Shown here: positions 10,582 to 24,089 of the stretch, piece by piece | How positions within the stretch are numbered: position 1 is the stretch's first letter | Layout: the number at the start of each line of letters is the position of its first letter | Assembly (NCBI RefSeq): GCF_001194135.2 | Contig: NC_069000.1 | Location: 28,879,403 to 28,943,402 of the forward strand | Direction: 5' to 3' | Length of the DNA: 64,000 nucleotides | From: Octopus bimaculoides | Taxonomy: Eukaryota | The notes under the pieces: model-generated | What the model was told of the DNA's origin: nothing | Database searches by the model: none | Seen by the model: only the letters and a program-made list of their open reading frames with translations | Program-made: the position numbers and the translations under genes

Positions 10582-11231
10582 AAAAAGAAAAGTGAAATAA
10601 AGAAAGCTTCTAAAAATGCAGAAAGTTTTACAAAAAAGAAAAAAAAACAACTTTTATATTTCAGGCACAAAGGCCTCTCTTCAGAAGGAAGCAGTGCAAG
10701 AAATGTGGTTTTGCATAGATTTCCTTATTTTAAACTACTCTATATCTAGATTAGCAGCAGCAGCAACTCTCCAGCTGTTGGTTGTGGTCGTTGTAAAATA
10801 TTTTCATGTGGTAATAGTGGTGGAAGATGGTGTTTGTGGCCTATATTATGATGTTGGTTGTAGTCACTGTGCTATATTCAATATATTCATTTATCGATCC
10901 ATCACCTCAACCCAAAAATCAATATTTGATTGTAGATGGGCTGGTGGCCCCTGTGAATACACCATGATGACTATGACCAACATCATAACATATGTCACCA
11001 GCACCATTTTCCAGCACCAAAATATGTCACACTGACCACAACCAGCAGTTGGAGAATTACTGCTGCTGCTAACCCAGATGCCAAGCAGTTTGAAATAAAA
11101 TAACGAAATCGATGTGAATACACATTTCTTGAACTGCTTCCTTCTGAAGACAGAGCTTTGTGCTTGAAATATAAAGCATTTTTGTAAAACTTTCTGCATT
11201 TTAGAAGCTTTCTTTATTTCCCTTTTCTTTT
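10582..11231. mobile_element. Foldback element, ~650 bp, with ~300-bp diverged inverted arms
   Basis: Both ends read aaagaaaagNgaaataaagaaagcttctaaaa(a)tgcagaaagttttacaaaaa inward; the ORF track gives MQKVLQK on both strands. Confidence 0.8.
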
Positions 11232-11642
11232 GCGACTTAGATGTTCTGTGTGCGTCCTATGAATTATGATCCCACATTGTTTACAGATTTTTTTTTGTTT
11301 AAGATTTTTTCTGATTTTGAGTAAACAGTGTCAAGAAATAGTATATGTTAAGCATTTATTTCATTTCTTACATCACAAAGTGATTACAGAAATTAATTTT
11401 ATGCTGAGTTAAATGACAGAAGTGAGAACTTCATGTTTACAAACAATAGCCATCAAGCAGAGTCAAAAGCTTTTCCATTTAAATCAATTAAAGTTCTAAT
11501 TTCAGATTCCAGTGATTTCATCTTATTTTTGCATAATAATTTTTTAAGTAAGTAAACCAGCATTGTTAATAAAATTTACAAAAGAATACTTTTAAATCTC
11601 ATGGTGAATTATTTTTTAGCCTTCATTATTAACTATATTAAC

Positions 11643-11809
11643 CTTTAATTGGTCCAATTTTTTCAGTCTGTATGGGTCTAGTTGTTATTAAATAAATGAA
11701 AGTGCTGGAAACTGTTGTTGAGATGTATGGACTAAACTTTGGTAATGAAAAAATATCCAAGTAAAATGGGAAAAATTCACTGGGAGTAAGTTGAATTTTA
11801 ACTTCATTG
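11643..11809 (-). CDS. Candidate internal exon of an unidentified host gene
   Basis: Acceptor aattttattttatttcag, open frame NEVKIQLTPSEFFPFYLDIFSLPKFSPYISTTVSSTFIYLITTRPIQTEKIGPIK, donor AAG|gttaat; no recognised homology. Confidence 0.2.
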
Positions 11810-11985
11810 CTGAAATAAAATAAAATTTTAGAATAAATTAATATTTGAAATAAATAAATTAAAACATATCTAAAATCAAAAACAAGCAATTAAAATGATG
11901 AAATAATCTGCAAGAGGTACTAGTATGTCTTTTGCTTCTTATGTCACAATCACACCCACAAAGCACCAGTCCCACCCCAAATATA

Positions 11986-12350
11986 CAGGGTGTCCACAAA
12001 GTCATTAGACCTTTTCTTGTAGAGTAGTGAATATCAGAGACAATAAACCTCCTTCAAGTTAGCTCAACACACTTTTTTGTTTCTGTACATAAACATCAGG
12101 CTTACACCGTTGATGTTTATCTTTATGTAAACTGAAGTCAATGAACAAATTATACTACATACTTCTCTTCCCTTGACTTCAGAACACTAAAAATGGCTAC
12201 AAGTGTATGTTTAAAAGTCGAGGTGAAACTTTCTACTTCTTTTAAAACATAACGGAATTCCTTCTTATACTATTGAAACGATCTGTTATAAAATAGAAAG
12301 AACAACATTAAACTGGTAAACAGGCTTTCCAGTTGTTTATTTGATCAAAT
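11986..12350 (+). mobile_element. Tc1/mariner-like terminal fragment
   Basis: Starts ta|cagggtgtccacaaagtc, a TIR-like end; no partner TIR found. Confidence 0.35.
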
Positions 12351-12354
12351 AGAT

Positions 12355-12507
12355 ACAGAGATGGCTGAGTAGTAAGAAGCTTGCTTCCCAGCTACATGGT
12401 TCTTATTTTGGTCCCACAGCGTAGCACCTTGGGCAAGTGTCTTCTACTATAGCTTGGGCCAACCAAAACCTTGTGAGTGAATTTGGTAGATGGAACTGAA
12501 AGAAGCT

Positions 12508-12510
<3 letters not shown>
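12355..12510 (+). mobile_element. SINE family A, 5' half
   Basis: gtaagaagcttgcttccc..catggttc..gcaccttgggcaagtgtcttctactatagc..ttggtagatggaactgaaagaagc, followed by (TA)n. Confidence 0.8.
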
Positions 12511-12550
<40 letters not shown>

Positions 12551-12745
12551 TAAGGAGGGTATTGGATTTAACCAAACCCAAAGATACAGGTAATACCGAG
12601 TAAGTGCTGTATACCGGCTAGTTTTGCCCCAATCGTTGTATAAACAGGATTGGGGATTATAAGTCGTGTATTAGTGTGTGTATGTATAAATAGAGAAAAG
12701 GATAAAGAGAACAATGTAAAGTTAGAAAAATATTTTATGGATAGA

Positions 12746-12794
12746 GTCTTACAGCTGTTTCAGGGAAGATCCAATGCATCCCTTCATCGGAGAC
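12746..12794 (-). ncRNA. Type I hammerhead ribozyme variant (U4C, A-U closing stem II)
   Basis: Minus strand GTCT-CCGATGA-AGGGA tgcattggatct TCCCT-GAA-ACAGCTGT-A-AGAC; palindromic stem III; cleavage between plus positions 12750/12749. Confidence 0.75.
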
Positions 12795-13624
12795 AGAAAT
12801 AGTAGAGGAATCGATTATTATATCTATAAGCGGAGAGTTATAGTAGGAAGTGAGAGTGAGTGTGNNNNNNNNNNNNNNNNNNNNNNNNNNNNNNNNNNNN
12901 NNNNNNNNNNNNNNNNNNNNNNNNNNNNNNNNNNNNNNNNNNNNNNNNNNNNNNNNNNNNNNNNNNNNNNNNNNNNNNNNNNNNNNNNNNNNNNNNNNNN
13001 NNNNNNNNNNNNNNNNNNNNNNNNNNNNNNNNNNNNNNNNNNNNNNNNNNNNNNNNNNNNNNNNNNNNNNNNNNNNNNNNNNNNNNNNNNNNNNNNNNNN
13101 NNNNNNNNNNNNNNNNNNNNNNNNNNNNNNNNNNNNNNNNNNNNNNNNNNNNNNNNNNNNNNNNNNNNNNNNNNNNNNNNNNNNNNNNNNNNNNNNNNNN
13201 NNNNNNNNNNNNNNNNNNNNNNNNNNNNNNNNNNNNNNNNNNNNNNNNNNNNNNNNNNNNNNNNNNNNNNNNNNNNNNNNNNNNNNNNNNNNNNNNNNNN
13301 NNNNNNNNNNNNNNNNNNNNNNNNNNNNNNNNNNNNNNNNNNNNNNNNNNNNNNNNNNNNNNNNNNNNNNNNNNNNNNNNNNNNNNNNNNNNNNNNNNNN
13401 NNNNNNNNNNNNNNNNNNNNNNNNNNNNNNNNNNNNNNNNNNNNNNNNNNNNNNNNNNNNNNNNNNNNNNNNNNNNNNNNNNNNNNNNNNNNNNNNNNNN
13501 NNNNNNNNNNNNNNNNNNNNNNNNNNNNNNNNNNNNNNNNNNNNNNNNNNNNNNNNNNNNNNNNNNNNNNNNNNNNNNNNNNNNNNNNNNNNNNNNNNNN
13601 NNNNNNNNNNNNNNNNNATATATA

Positions 13625-13935
13625 TATATATATATATATATCATCACTATCATCATCATTATTGTTTACGTCCATCTTCCATGCATGCATGGGTAGGATG
13701 GTTGGCAGGAGCATGCCAGGTAGAAGACTAACCCCAGGCTACTGTGTCTGTTTTGGCAGGGTTTTTACAGCTGGCTGTCCTTCCAAATACCAACCACTCC
13801 ACAGAGTGGACTGAGTGATTTTTATGTGGCACCAGCACAGGCAAGGTCAGTTTTGGCATGATTTTTACTGCTGGATGCCCTTCTAAATGCCAACTACTTT
13901 ACAGTGTGAACTGAATGCTTTTTACATGGTGCCAG
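13625..13935 (-). mobile_element. RTE-related 3' end, variant subfamily
   Basis: (ATC)n tail, catgcatgcatgg, tttttacagctggctgtccttcc, ggatgcccttct; homologous to 2745-2990. Confidence 0.75.
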
Positions 13936-14554
13936 CACCAGTAGGATCACCAAATAAGTTGCAAGATAAGGTATTTTGAGAGGAGCAGGAGCACTGGAGG
14001 AGGCGATCTTGTGTCAGATGATGAAAGGTTAGAGTGTGACAGAGAAATAGAGAGGCAGGACCAGATGGTTTGTTATAAAGGAGGTACATGGTTACCCAGC
14101 CAGAGAGAGAGGAAAAGAGAAAAAGAGAGAGGGGAGGAAGAGAGAAGGAGAGGGAGAGGAAGAGAGACGGAGAAGGAGAGGAAAAGAGGGAGGTACAAGA
14201 AAGAGGACAGGAACAGCTGTGCTGATGTAAAGGAGATACTTGGTTACCTAGCCAGAGGGAAAAGCAAGAAGAGAGAGATTGATCGAGAATGATGGCAGAA
14301 ACAGGTGTGCTGCTGTAGAGGAGATACAGCCAGAGAGAAGAGCAATGGAAAGAGAGAGAGAGAGAGTGGGAAACTGCAAAAGTGCAAGAGAGAGCACAAG
14401 AGAGATGGTGGTGAAGTGCCAGGGTATACTCACAAGTAACAAGGATCAGAGAATAGATGGGATGGCAGAGTAAGGTAGAGAAAGATAAATGGTGGCAATT
14501 GCCAGGGCACGCCCTCAAGGTACAGAGGTCATAATATACACAGCCAGGTATTGC

Positions 14555-14830
14555 TAAGATGGCAATGCTCCAGCATGGTTGCAGCCAAATGACTGAAACA
14601 CATAAAAGAATAAAAGAATATATTAATGTGTGTGTTTCTGTGTTTGTCTGGCCACCACCACTTGACAGCTGGTGTTGGTGTGTTTATGTCCCTGTAACTT
14701 AGCAGTTTGGCCAAGGAGATTGATAGAATAAGTAGTAGGCTTTAAAAAAGTCCCAAGGTTAATTTGTTTGACTAAAACTCTTCAAGGTGGTACCCCAGCA
14801 TGGCTGCAGTCAAATGACTGAAGCAAGAAG
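14555..14830 (+). mobile_element. SINE family A 3' halves (two pieces)
   Basis: ctccagcatgg..gcag..aaatgactgaaac..aaaagaataaaagaata and gtttgtctggccaccaccacttgacagc..gtaacttagcag modules, as in 55538-55964. Confidence 0.75.
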
Positions 14831-14864
14831 ATAAATAATATGCATATAAAATTAATGATTATCA

Positions 14865-15090
14865 ACAATGAGCAGCAAGCTGGCAGACTCATTAACATGC
14901 TGGACAAAATGATTAGTAGCATTTCTTCTGGCTTTATTTTCTGAGTTCAAATTTGCCCAAGGTCAGCTTTGCCTTTCATCTTTTGGGGTTGATAAAATAA
15001 GTGCCACTCAAGCACTGGGGTCAATGTAATAGACTAGCTCTCTCCCTGCCAAAATTTCAGGCAGGTCTTGCACCTACAGTAGAAAAAAAA
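14865..15090 (+). mobile_element. SINE family C
   Basis: gcaagctggcagactcattaac..ctgagttcaaattt..ctttgcctttcatcttttggggttgataaaataagt..aaaatttcaggc. Confidence 0.75.
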
Positions 15091-15822
15091 TGTGGGGATT
15101 ATCACTAACTACATAATCACTTACATACAAACATACAGGCACACATACATACAAGTGTGTAAGTATATATATATGTGTATATATGTTTGTATGTAAATAT
15201 TTATATACATGAGGTATCTCACATGGATGTCAACAATGTCTATTCCTGCAATTTGAACTGATCATTCATTGAATTATAGTGTAAATGGCTGCATATTCCA
15301 CACACACATATATGTAGAATCAGCTTAGCGCAAAGGGTCACAAAACTATCTCTTTAAATTACAGGTGCAGTCCATATGTATCCAAATTCACATGGTTTAT
15401 GACATCTACACACACACACACACATACTTTGTAATTTTTTCCTCTTTTATTAATTTTTGTGACTTACCAAGCATCGTATCAGACCAACATGCCCACAAGA
15501 AAGCCTCAGCACCAGAGATGGCCATTCTAGGGTGCATGTGCCAAAATTAGTGCATTGGATGATTAAAAACGATGCAATGCACACTTGTCAATACATGCTA
15601 CACTAATCAGCACCTTATTCAACTATATTTCTTTCTCACTAACTGCATACACACATACAGAAATATGTAGATTATGGGCTCCCAAGTAGTTTCCATCAAA
15701 CAATTCTACTTACAAAGCATTGGTTAGACTGACTTTATAGCAAAAACACTTGCCCAAAGTGTTATGCAATGAGATAGACTTGAAACACTGGTTATGAAGC
15801 AAACCTTTTTGCTGAACAGTTA

Positions 15823-17482
15823 CAGTGGGGGGAAATAAATATTTGCACATGTCAAAATTCTTTATTTAATTTCTAATGAACATAAATGGGATATACCAAT
15901 ACTATATTTGCATACACATACATAAACTAAGAATACGCAAAAGAAACTAATAAATTATAGTGACTAATGAATTTATATACAAATATAAATATTTAGGGGT
16001 GAAAAAAGTATTCGTACAAAACATAAATTACTGATAATTCTTATTTAATACTTTGTAGCATAACCGTTATTCAGTTCCACTTCAACCAATCTCTTCTTGT
16101 AGTTCTTAATCAATGACTCACATGTTTCTTTAGGAATTTTTTCCCATTCTTCTCGACAAATTTTCTTCAAATCTGGAATGCACATTGGGGCTCTTGAATG
16201 AGTTTTAGTTTTCAAATAACGCCACAAATTTTCAATGGGATTCAAGTCAGGTGACTGGCTTGGCCATTCTAATAATTTTATATTGTGATTGACAATCCAT
16301 TTTTGGTAGACTTCGCCATGTGCTTAGGGTCGTTATCCTATTGTAAAACCCACCCTTCACAAAGCTGGAACTTTTCTACAGAGTCCCATAAANNNNNNNN
16401 NNNNNNNNNNNNNNNNNNNNNNNNNNNNNNNNNNNNNNNNNNNNNNNNNNNNNNNNNNNNNNNNNNNNNNNNNNNNNNNNNNNNNNNNNNNNNNNNNNNN
16501 NNNNNNNNNNNNNNNNNNNNNNNNNNNNNNNNNNNNNNNNNNNNNNNNNNNNNNNNNNNNNNNNNNNNNNNNNNNNNNNNNNNNNNNNNNNNNNNNNNNN
16601 NNNNNNNNNNNNNNNNNNNNNNNNNNNNNNNNNNNNNNNNNNNNNNNNNNNNNNNNNNNNNNNNNNNNNNNNNNNNNNNNNNNNNNNNNNNNNNNNNNNN
16701 NNNNNNNNNNNNNNNNNNNNNNNNNNNNNNNNNNNNNNNNNNNNNNNNNNNNNNNNNNNNNNNNNNNNNNNNNNNNNNNNNNNNNNNNNNNNNNNNNNNN
16801 NNNNNNNNNNNNNNNNNNNNNTGTAATACTAGTCCCTGAAGCTAACAAAGCTTCTTGTAACTCCTTTCTGGTGATCATTGCATTTTTTTCGATACTTCAC
16901 TTCATTTTTCTTAAAGATCTAGGGGAAATCTTGCATGGTGCACCGGATCTTATTCTGTTTTCAACAGTTCCCGATTTTTTATATCTTTGAATAAATGAAG
17001 ATATGGTAGAAAATGGGATACAAAGGATCTCTGATATTTTCCTGTAACTTTTACCTGCTTTCCACTGTTCAATAATTAAGTTTTTCACTGAATTTGTGAG
17101 TTCTTTACTTTTCGCCATTATTACGACACTACTTTATGTTGTCTCAGTGCTGAATGAAGAAACTAGCATTTTGATACTTAAAAATGACCACTGATAAGAT
17201 TATTGGAACAAACGAGAAAGTTCTAGTAAAAGAAGAATTATTTTAACAGTATTTTGTGGCATAGAAACTCATAAATTTATTCTGTATGAATACTTTTTTC
17301 ACCCCTAAACATTTATAATTATATATAAATTCATTAGTTACTATAATTTATTAGTTTCTTTTGCATAGTCTTAGTTTATGCATGTGTATGTAAATATAGT
17401 ATTGGTATATCCCATTTATGTTCATTAGAAATTAAATAAATAAAGAATTTTGATATGTACGAATATTTATTTCCCCCCACTG
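15823..17482 (-). mobile_element. Tc1-family transposon with ~200-bp IR/DR-type TIRs, defective
   Basis: TA|cagtggggggaaataaatatt...aatatttatttccccccactg|TA; transposase MAKSKELT..GKSYRKIS..RSGAP, Q*DNDPKH, EWPSQSPDLNPIENLW..GYATKY; one stop, frameshifts, 429-N gap. Confidence 0.92.
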
Positions 17483-17759
17483 TATGTAGATTTTCCATTA
17501 ATGGAACATATAATCCTACTAGACACTACAAAACATAGTAACTATAGGAAAACAGAAGATAGTGATTGGATCTGAATTTAGGAAAGATTGAGATAGGAAA
17601 AAAAAGAAGGGAAAATCAAAAGATGTCGAAATATATTTGTAGGAGGAATTTGTGAAAGTCTGATGAGGGAAGAAGTTCTGATTGACCAAAAAACAGAAAC
17701 CTTTGATTGTAGAAGAAAATATTTGAAGTGATGTTGTGTGACAAAAATATTGAAATTGT

Positions 17760-18500
17760 TTTCTCAAAGCAAACAGAGACAAGACTCACCAAAGAACTCT
17801 CTCATTGAAATTGCAGGGTAAGAATAAATTGTTTTCTTAGCTTAGTAAATTAGTGCAATGTATTGAATATGAAATTAAAACTTCCATCTCCCAGCTATAA
17901 AATAAGTATTTGAACCAGTTTCTACACTTAAAAAAGCAAAGTAAATGTACTGGGACAATGGCAAAGTTACAAAATATATTGAAAAAATCAAATTATTGCA
18001 TAAGTCATTTAAAAGTTGTTTTCCTGATTTTGCTGAAGAAAACTACATACTCTCATTTATAAGCCTATTTTCACTTAATGAACATAAAATAGCAAGTGAG
18101 ATAGAAATGAAACTTATTGACTTAAAAACAAAATTCATAGAAAATGAAATTTGATGAGCTTCCCTCAGTTCCAAATGCTCTTGACATGATTAACTTCTGG
18201 TAACATTTAGCCTTCAAACTCGTTTCAGAATTAAGAAAATTTTCACAGAATTACAAGTGTTATTTTTGAATGACATACGGATGTGAAAAACCATTTTTAT
18301 TTCATCTATAGCCATACGTAGACTGAGGTTGTTATTGTTGTTGGTGATAGTGGTAACAGAGGCATCAGTGGTGATGGTGATTAACTCCAGGTCAGCTTTG
18401 CTCAAACAGACTTATGAACAAAATCATTTTAGTTGTGACCAATACCTTCTTTGTTTCACTCTACATTATTCATAAAATCCTACTTTTTAAAGACCGGGGC
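17760..18500 (+). mobile_element. hAT (Charlie/SPIN-like) transposase C-terminal relic
   Basis: LQGKNK, KSFKSCFPDF, ELRKFSQ..TYGCEK (FGSTYxCE dimerisation motif); many stops. Confidence 0.65.
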
Positions 18501-18769
18501 ATGCAAGTTTGAGGAGAAAGTAAGTACTGTTCCTAACAATCATATAAGAGGATCTCTGATTTGGTTAGTTGAGATGGTTGGCTCCTTTTACTTGTAATGA
18601 CTTCATATTCCAGAAGAATTTACAAAAGAACATTTATGAAAATAAAAAAGAAAGAAACCTGGTTTTCACTCAATAAATCCTAACTGGTGTTAAGGGAAGG
18701 TCTTGATGGAACTTACCAGAATATGAGAAAAAGTGATGAATTCAATGAAAAACATTTCGAAAACAACTG

Positions 18770-18890
18770 GCACAAACTGATAGCGACCGGTCAGGCTCCT
18801 GTAGTTATTGATTTTTCTCTCCTCTGCATTATGGATGGCAACACCCAGGTTTGCAGCTGATGCAGTAAGGTGATGAATTGGAAGAGCTGT
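18770..18890 (-). mobile_element. RLE-type non-LTR (CRE/NeSL-like) endonuclease fragment
   Basis: HHLTASAANLGVAIHNAEERKINNYRSLTGRYQFVPVVFE fits the AE.RK..KY..L...Y.F.P...E pattern. Confidence 0.55.
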
Positions 18891-20789
18891 TAGAGAGTTG
18901 GACAGAAGGCCTGATGGCATTTGTTCTTGTATTCTGAGTTCAAATTGTGCTGAGATAAACTTTTTATCCTCTTGTACTCAATGTATAAAAAAACCAGTCC
19001 GAGTAGTGGATTAGTGGAATTGTTAAAGCATTGAATAAGATGCCTTGTGGTATCTATTTTGTATCTTTGCATTCTGAATTTAAATACCACCTTCTACTGC
19101 CATCAATCTCCTCGTGGCAGGAAAACAAGGAGCTCTGGGACCAGGTTAACAGTCACAGGCCTCCAATGTCAGATGGAGTGATACATCAACTGGAGCAACA
19201 TTTCACTCATGTCAATAAAAACAAGTTGACCATTGTGTCATGTCTATGTGACACATTAAATTCCCAGACCCAGTTCTGTGATACAACAACTCAGTTTTGT
19301 TTTGTTTTTACATTCAGTTTTTACAAATGAGCATAGGTTGAACAAAGCTAACTGTAACAGTTTGCTACTTGCAGAAGCTCTTGTTGCCAGTTCTCCTTTG
19401 GTTTTTAATCTTCTGGTCTTCATTCTTTGAAACTACTAAACTATGGGACATATTATCTGCAAAAGATGAAATTAAAAAGAAAAGAGAATTGCCTTTTTTG
19501 ATCAGAATGTGATAATGTGTAGACACACAGAAACAAGCACTTACATACATTAAACACACAGACATGCACATATACACTTATATAACAGGCTTCCTTCAAT
19601 CAAATTTCACTCACAAGGTATTGGTCAGTCTGAGACTATTGTAGAAGACGCCCAGTTTGCTAAGGAGTGAGATTGAGCATGAAATCAGATGGTTGTAGAA
19701 TAAATTTCTCAAATCTATGACAAATAATAATAATTTCTATCATAGACATACATATTTCATTTCTTTTACGTTAGAATAAATTTTAACATTATGTTCTGTG
19801 TTATCTTTTATCAAAATTTTGAAATTTGTATTAAAATATATTGATGAACCTTCAGCCCTCTTTAAGTGACATAAAAAATATTAATTTCTGTCATAAGTAT
19901 ATAATAGTAAATTTTAGCAGAGAGTATTTTTACCTCTGCCTCTTCAATACTGGTATGGTTGGACTGGACATATAGTATTCTGAAGTTGGATGCTCTTCTT
20001 GTTGATAATTCTTACTTGTTGTCCAACTAAAGTACATTTATTAAATGAAACTGATGAGTCTAATAAAACCATCTAACTACAGGATAATTTGATTAAAAGT
20101 GACATAAGCATAACATCACCCATCAATCAAACAGTGCTGTGTGAAGACAGAAAAAGTAAACACGTACATACACCTGATAGGCTTCCATATAGTTTCTATC
20201 TATCAAATTTCTCTCATTTCTTTCGCCAACCTGAGTCTATGGTAGAAGACATTTGCTCAAGGTCTCACACAGTGGAATGGAACCTAAGAGGCATGGTTAT
20301 GAAGTAAACTTCCTATCCATACGGCCTTGGTAAGCCCCAATTTTTGAGTGCTGCATATTTTATCAATGTCAGAAATTGAACTCAGATTTGAATTGAGAAT
20401 GTAAAGCAATGTAACTAGATAGTGAAGGGTATTTAGTCTACCGATTTGACCACTATATACCATCCACATTTCAAGAGTTAAAGAAGTGAGAGTTAAAGGA
20501 AGAGACAGAGGGCTTGATTCTCATTGCAAATTATCAGGCATTCAAAAGAAGATATGTTAGGAAGAACACAGATAAAGAAGATATTTTGGCTGAATGTAAA
20601 TATGTGATGAAAGAGAAGAGACAGTTGTATATTTAGTTTTTAAATGTAAAATGTTTACTCAGAGGGTCTATAAGAACTGGAAGCATGACAAGGTTGCTAC
20701 AATCATATGTTGCAAATCTATAAAAAATATAGGGATTTGAACATACAACACTCTGCCCAGTATATTAATAATTCTACCAGTTTACTGCC

Positions 20790-21850
<1,061 letters not shown>

Positions 21851-22112
21851 TTATAAGAATAGCAATAATGATAATGAGTACCCCAAGAACAAAAGTGATA
21901 GAGATCACTCTTATGGGGATAGATTTAACATAAAGAGAGGAGAATCTCTTTAGTCTTGATTGACTATCTCCTGGAGATGGTATCTCAATAAAAACGCTGG
22001 TGGCTGTGACACCGCAACACAACAGTGCTCTTTATGAGTGTAATGCCAAATAAAAAGTATTATCACAATTGCATTCATGAGTGTAAAGGTCTCTTGCATG
22101 GTGTCTCACTTG

Positions 22113-22276
22113 CACTAGCGTAGCTGGGGGGGGGGGAGTAGGGGGCGGTTCACCCCAGGTGGCACTTTTCATCCTGTTGTAGGTTATTGCTGTAGGCAAT
22201 ATGTGTTTTTTGTGGGGCCCAGGGGTGGCATATGGAAGGGCTGCCCTAGGCAGCATACACTCTAGTTACACTAGTG
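22113..22276. mobile_element. hAT-type MITE with a perfect 8-bp TSD
   Basis: TIRs cactagcgtagctggg / ctctagttacactagtg; CTCACTTG at 22105-22112 and 22277-22284. Confidence 0.85.
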
Positions 22277-22994
22277 CTCACTTGCTGCAAAGATTAGAAG
22301 ATGGTCTTAGAATGACTATAATGGAGTGCTATTATATAAGCGGGCCTACCAAAAATGGGTAGAGGAAAAGGATGTATAAGATATGGATAAAGGTGGATAT
22401 GCTCCCTATTACAGAATAAAAACTTCTAGACCAGAAAAATTTAATTGTGAAAAGACAGTAACTATCCCAATTGGTACTGGAAAAGGTTTCTTATGAGAGT
22501 GAAAGATAAAAAACATGACTCATGTAGAACATGAAAAAGAGAAACTGGAACAAGAACAAGGAATAGCGAAGAGATCAATAAATTCTCACAAAACTACAAC
22601 TGCTTGAACAAAGGCACATTTTACTCCTTGGAAGGAAAAATCGTTATAGGGAAATAAAGGAGCTTATTACAATGCCTGAATGAGACATAAAGTAGTGAGA
22701 AAAATGAACTATCGACTTTGTGAGGAATTGAAAGAGGAAAACTATGTAAAGTAGTGAAGATGGAAAAATCTGTGTTGAAAATATAAGGCCTAAATGACCT
22801 CATATATTGCACAGCATCTGTTGCTATGGAAATTTTGGGGGTTAAACGTCAAAGAAAAATAGGGGATAAAGTCCAATAAGTATCCTTGGAGAGCTGTGAT
22901 GGAGGGGTCGCACACAGTTTGCCTACACAAAACACCACTTTTTGGTACATCACTTTCAGGACAAAATACCTATTTTCTTTGGAAAATTATATAT

Positions 22995-23500
22995 TGTAGC
23001 AAGTCACAAGAAGCCAGCACCATTTTGTAGGAGATCTCACTGGTAGCCATTACCATGTCCGAGACAGGAGCAAGATCTTGCCTGCAACCATTTGCCATGC
23101 GCGAGATGACAGCAAGGCTCTCGTCGGCAACAACTATTTAAGCAGGAGAATTAAGACATTCTCTCTCTTTCTTCCTTCTTGCTTACGCTGAGAAACACTG
23201 TGAAGCTGGCAGCTCACAGTAGACTCTTATCCCGCACTAACTTCACCTGTTATCTCCAGAGGTAATTAACCTCATGTGAAATGAGTTATAATGAACCACA
23301 TGCTGTCATAAAGATGGTCACTGGGAGCGAGCCACATGAACATGAACTAAAAATATATGACTATTGAATTGCATTCTGCTTGTAAACTTCTCCTTTCATG
23401 TTCCAGATCCTTAAGACTACAGAAATAATTATAATGAGAGAAGGAGATACTCCACAGGTATCACAAGCCTTCAATTCCATTATAAAATGGTGACCCTGAT
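22995..23500 (+). mobile_element. Putative LTR followed by a PBS-like tggtgaccc
   Basis: Starts TGTAG, TATA-like tatttaagc at ~23133, tggtgaccc at 23488, upstream of a Gypsy internal region; no matching second LTR seen. Confidence 0.35.
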
Positions 23501-24089
23501 GGAAAAAGGATTTCGGCAGCTGCAAGCTTTCTTGTTGAAGATGCGTCACCTGAACTACAGAATGGCAGTCTGGCCTGGCGTCAGAATATCTTCTCTCGTT
23601 CAAGTGAACCTTTAGAGTTCGTGTTTTTTGCCTCAAACTTGTACCTCACAGAGTATGCATTCTTTCTACAAGGAACTACATGGTATTTTTTCAAATAATC
23701 TCCTCTTGAAATAATTTCTCCCACAATGTTGACTGTTAACGTTTGATGCCAGTACATACACCAAATGCAGCCACAGGAGGGCACTTCAAGCAAGCTGACC
23801 ATCAACTTCCAGCCATCGTTCCTGTCTACTGCAATGTTCGGATTGCCTTACCAGTTCGCCTGCCATTTTCTGACGACTTCTTAAAAAAACAAAAAAACAA
23901 AACACAAACATTTTTTCAGCGGACTGCAACACAGGTTTGACGACTAAAAAGGAATTTTTTTTTTCATTGCTGCACACAGTACACAAAAAAATTTAAAAAT
24001 TTTGCTAAGAATATTTTTTTTGCACACATGTTACTATTTCAGCAACACTTTTGTCAGTTCTTTGATCCTTTTTTTCTGTTCTCTATACA

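Noticed and set aside
20048-20075. ctgatgagtctaataaaacc as a hammerhead
   Set aside because: No GAAA or supporting stems.
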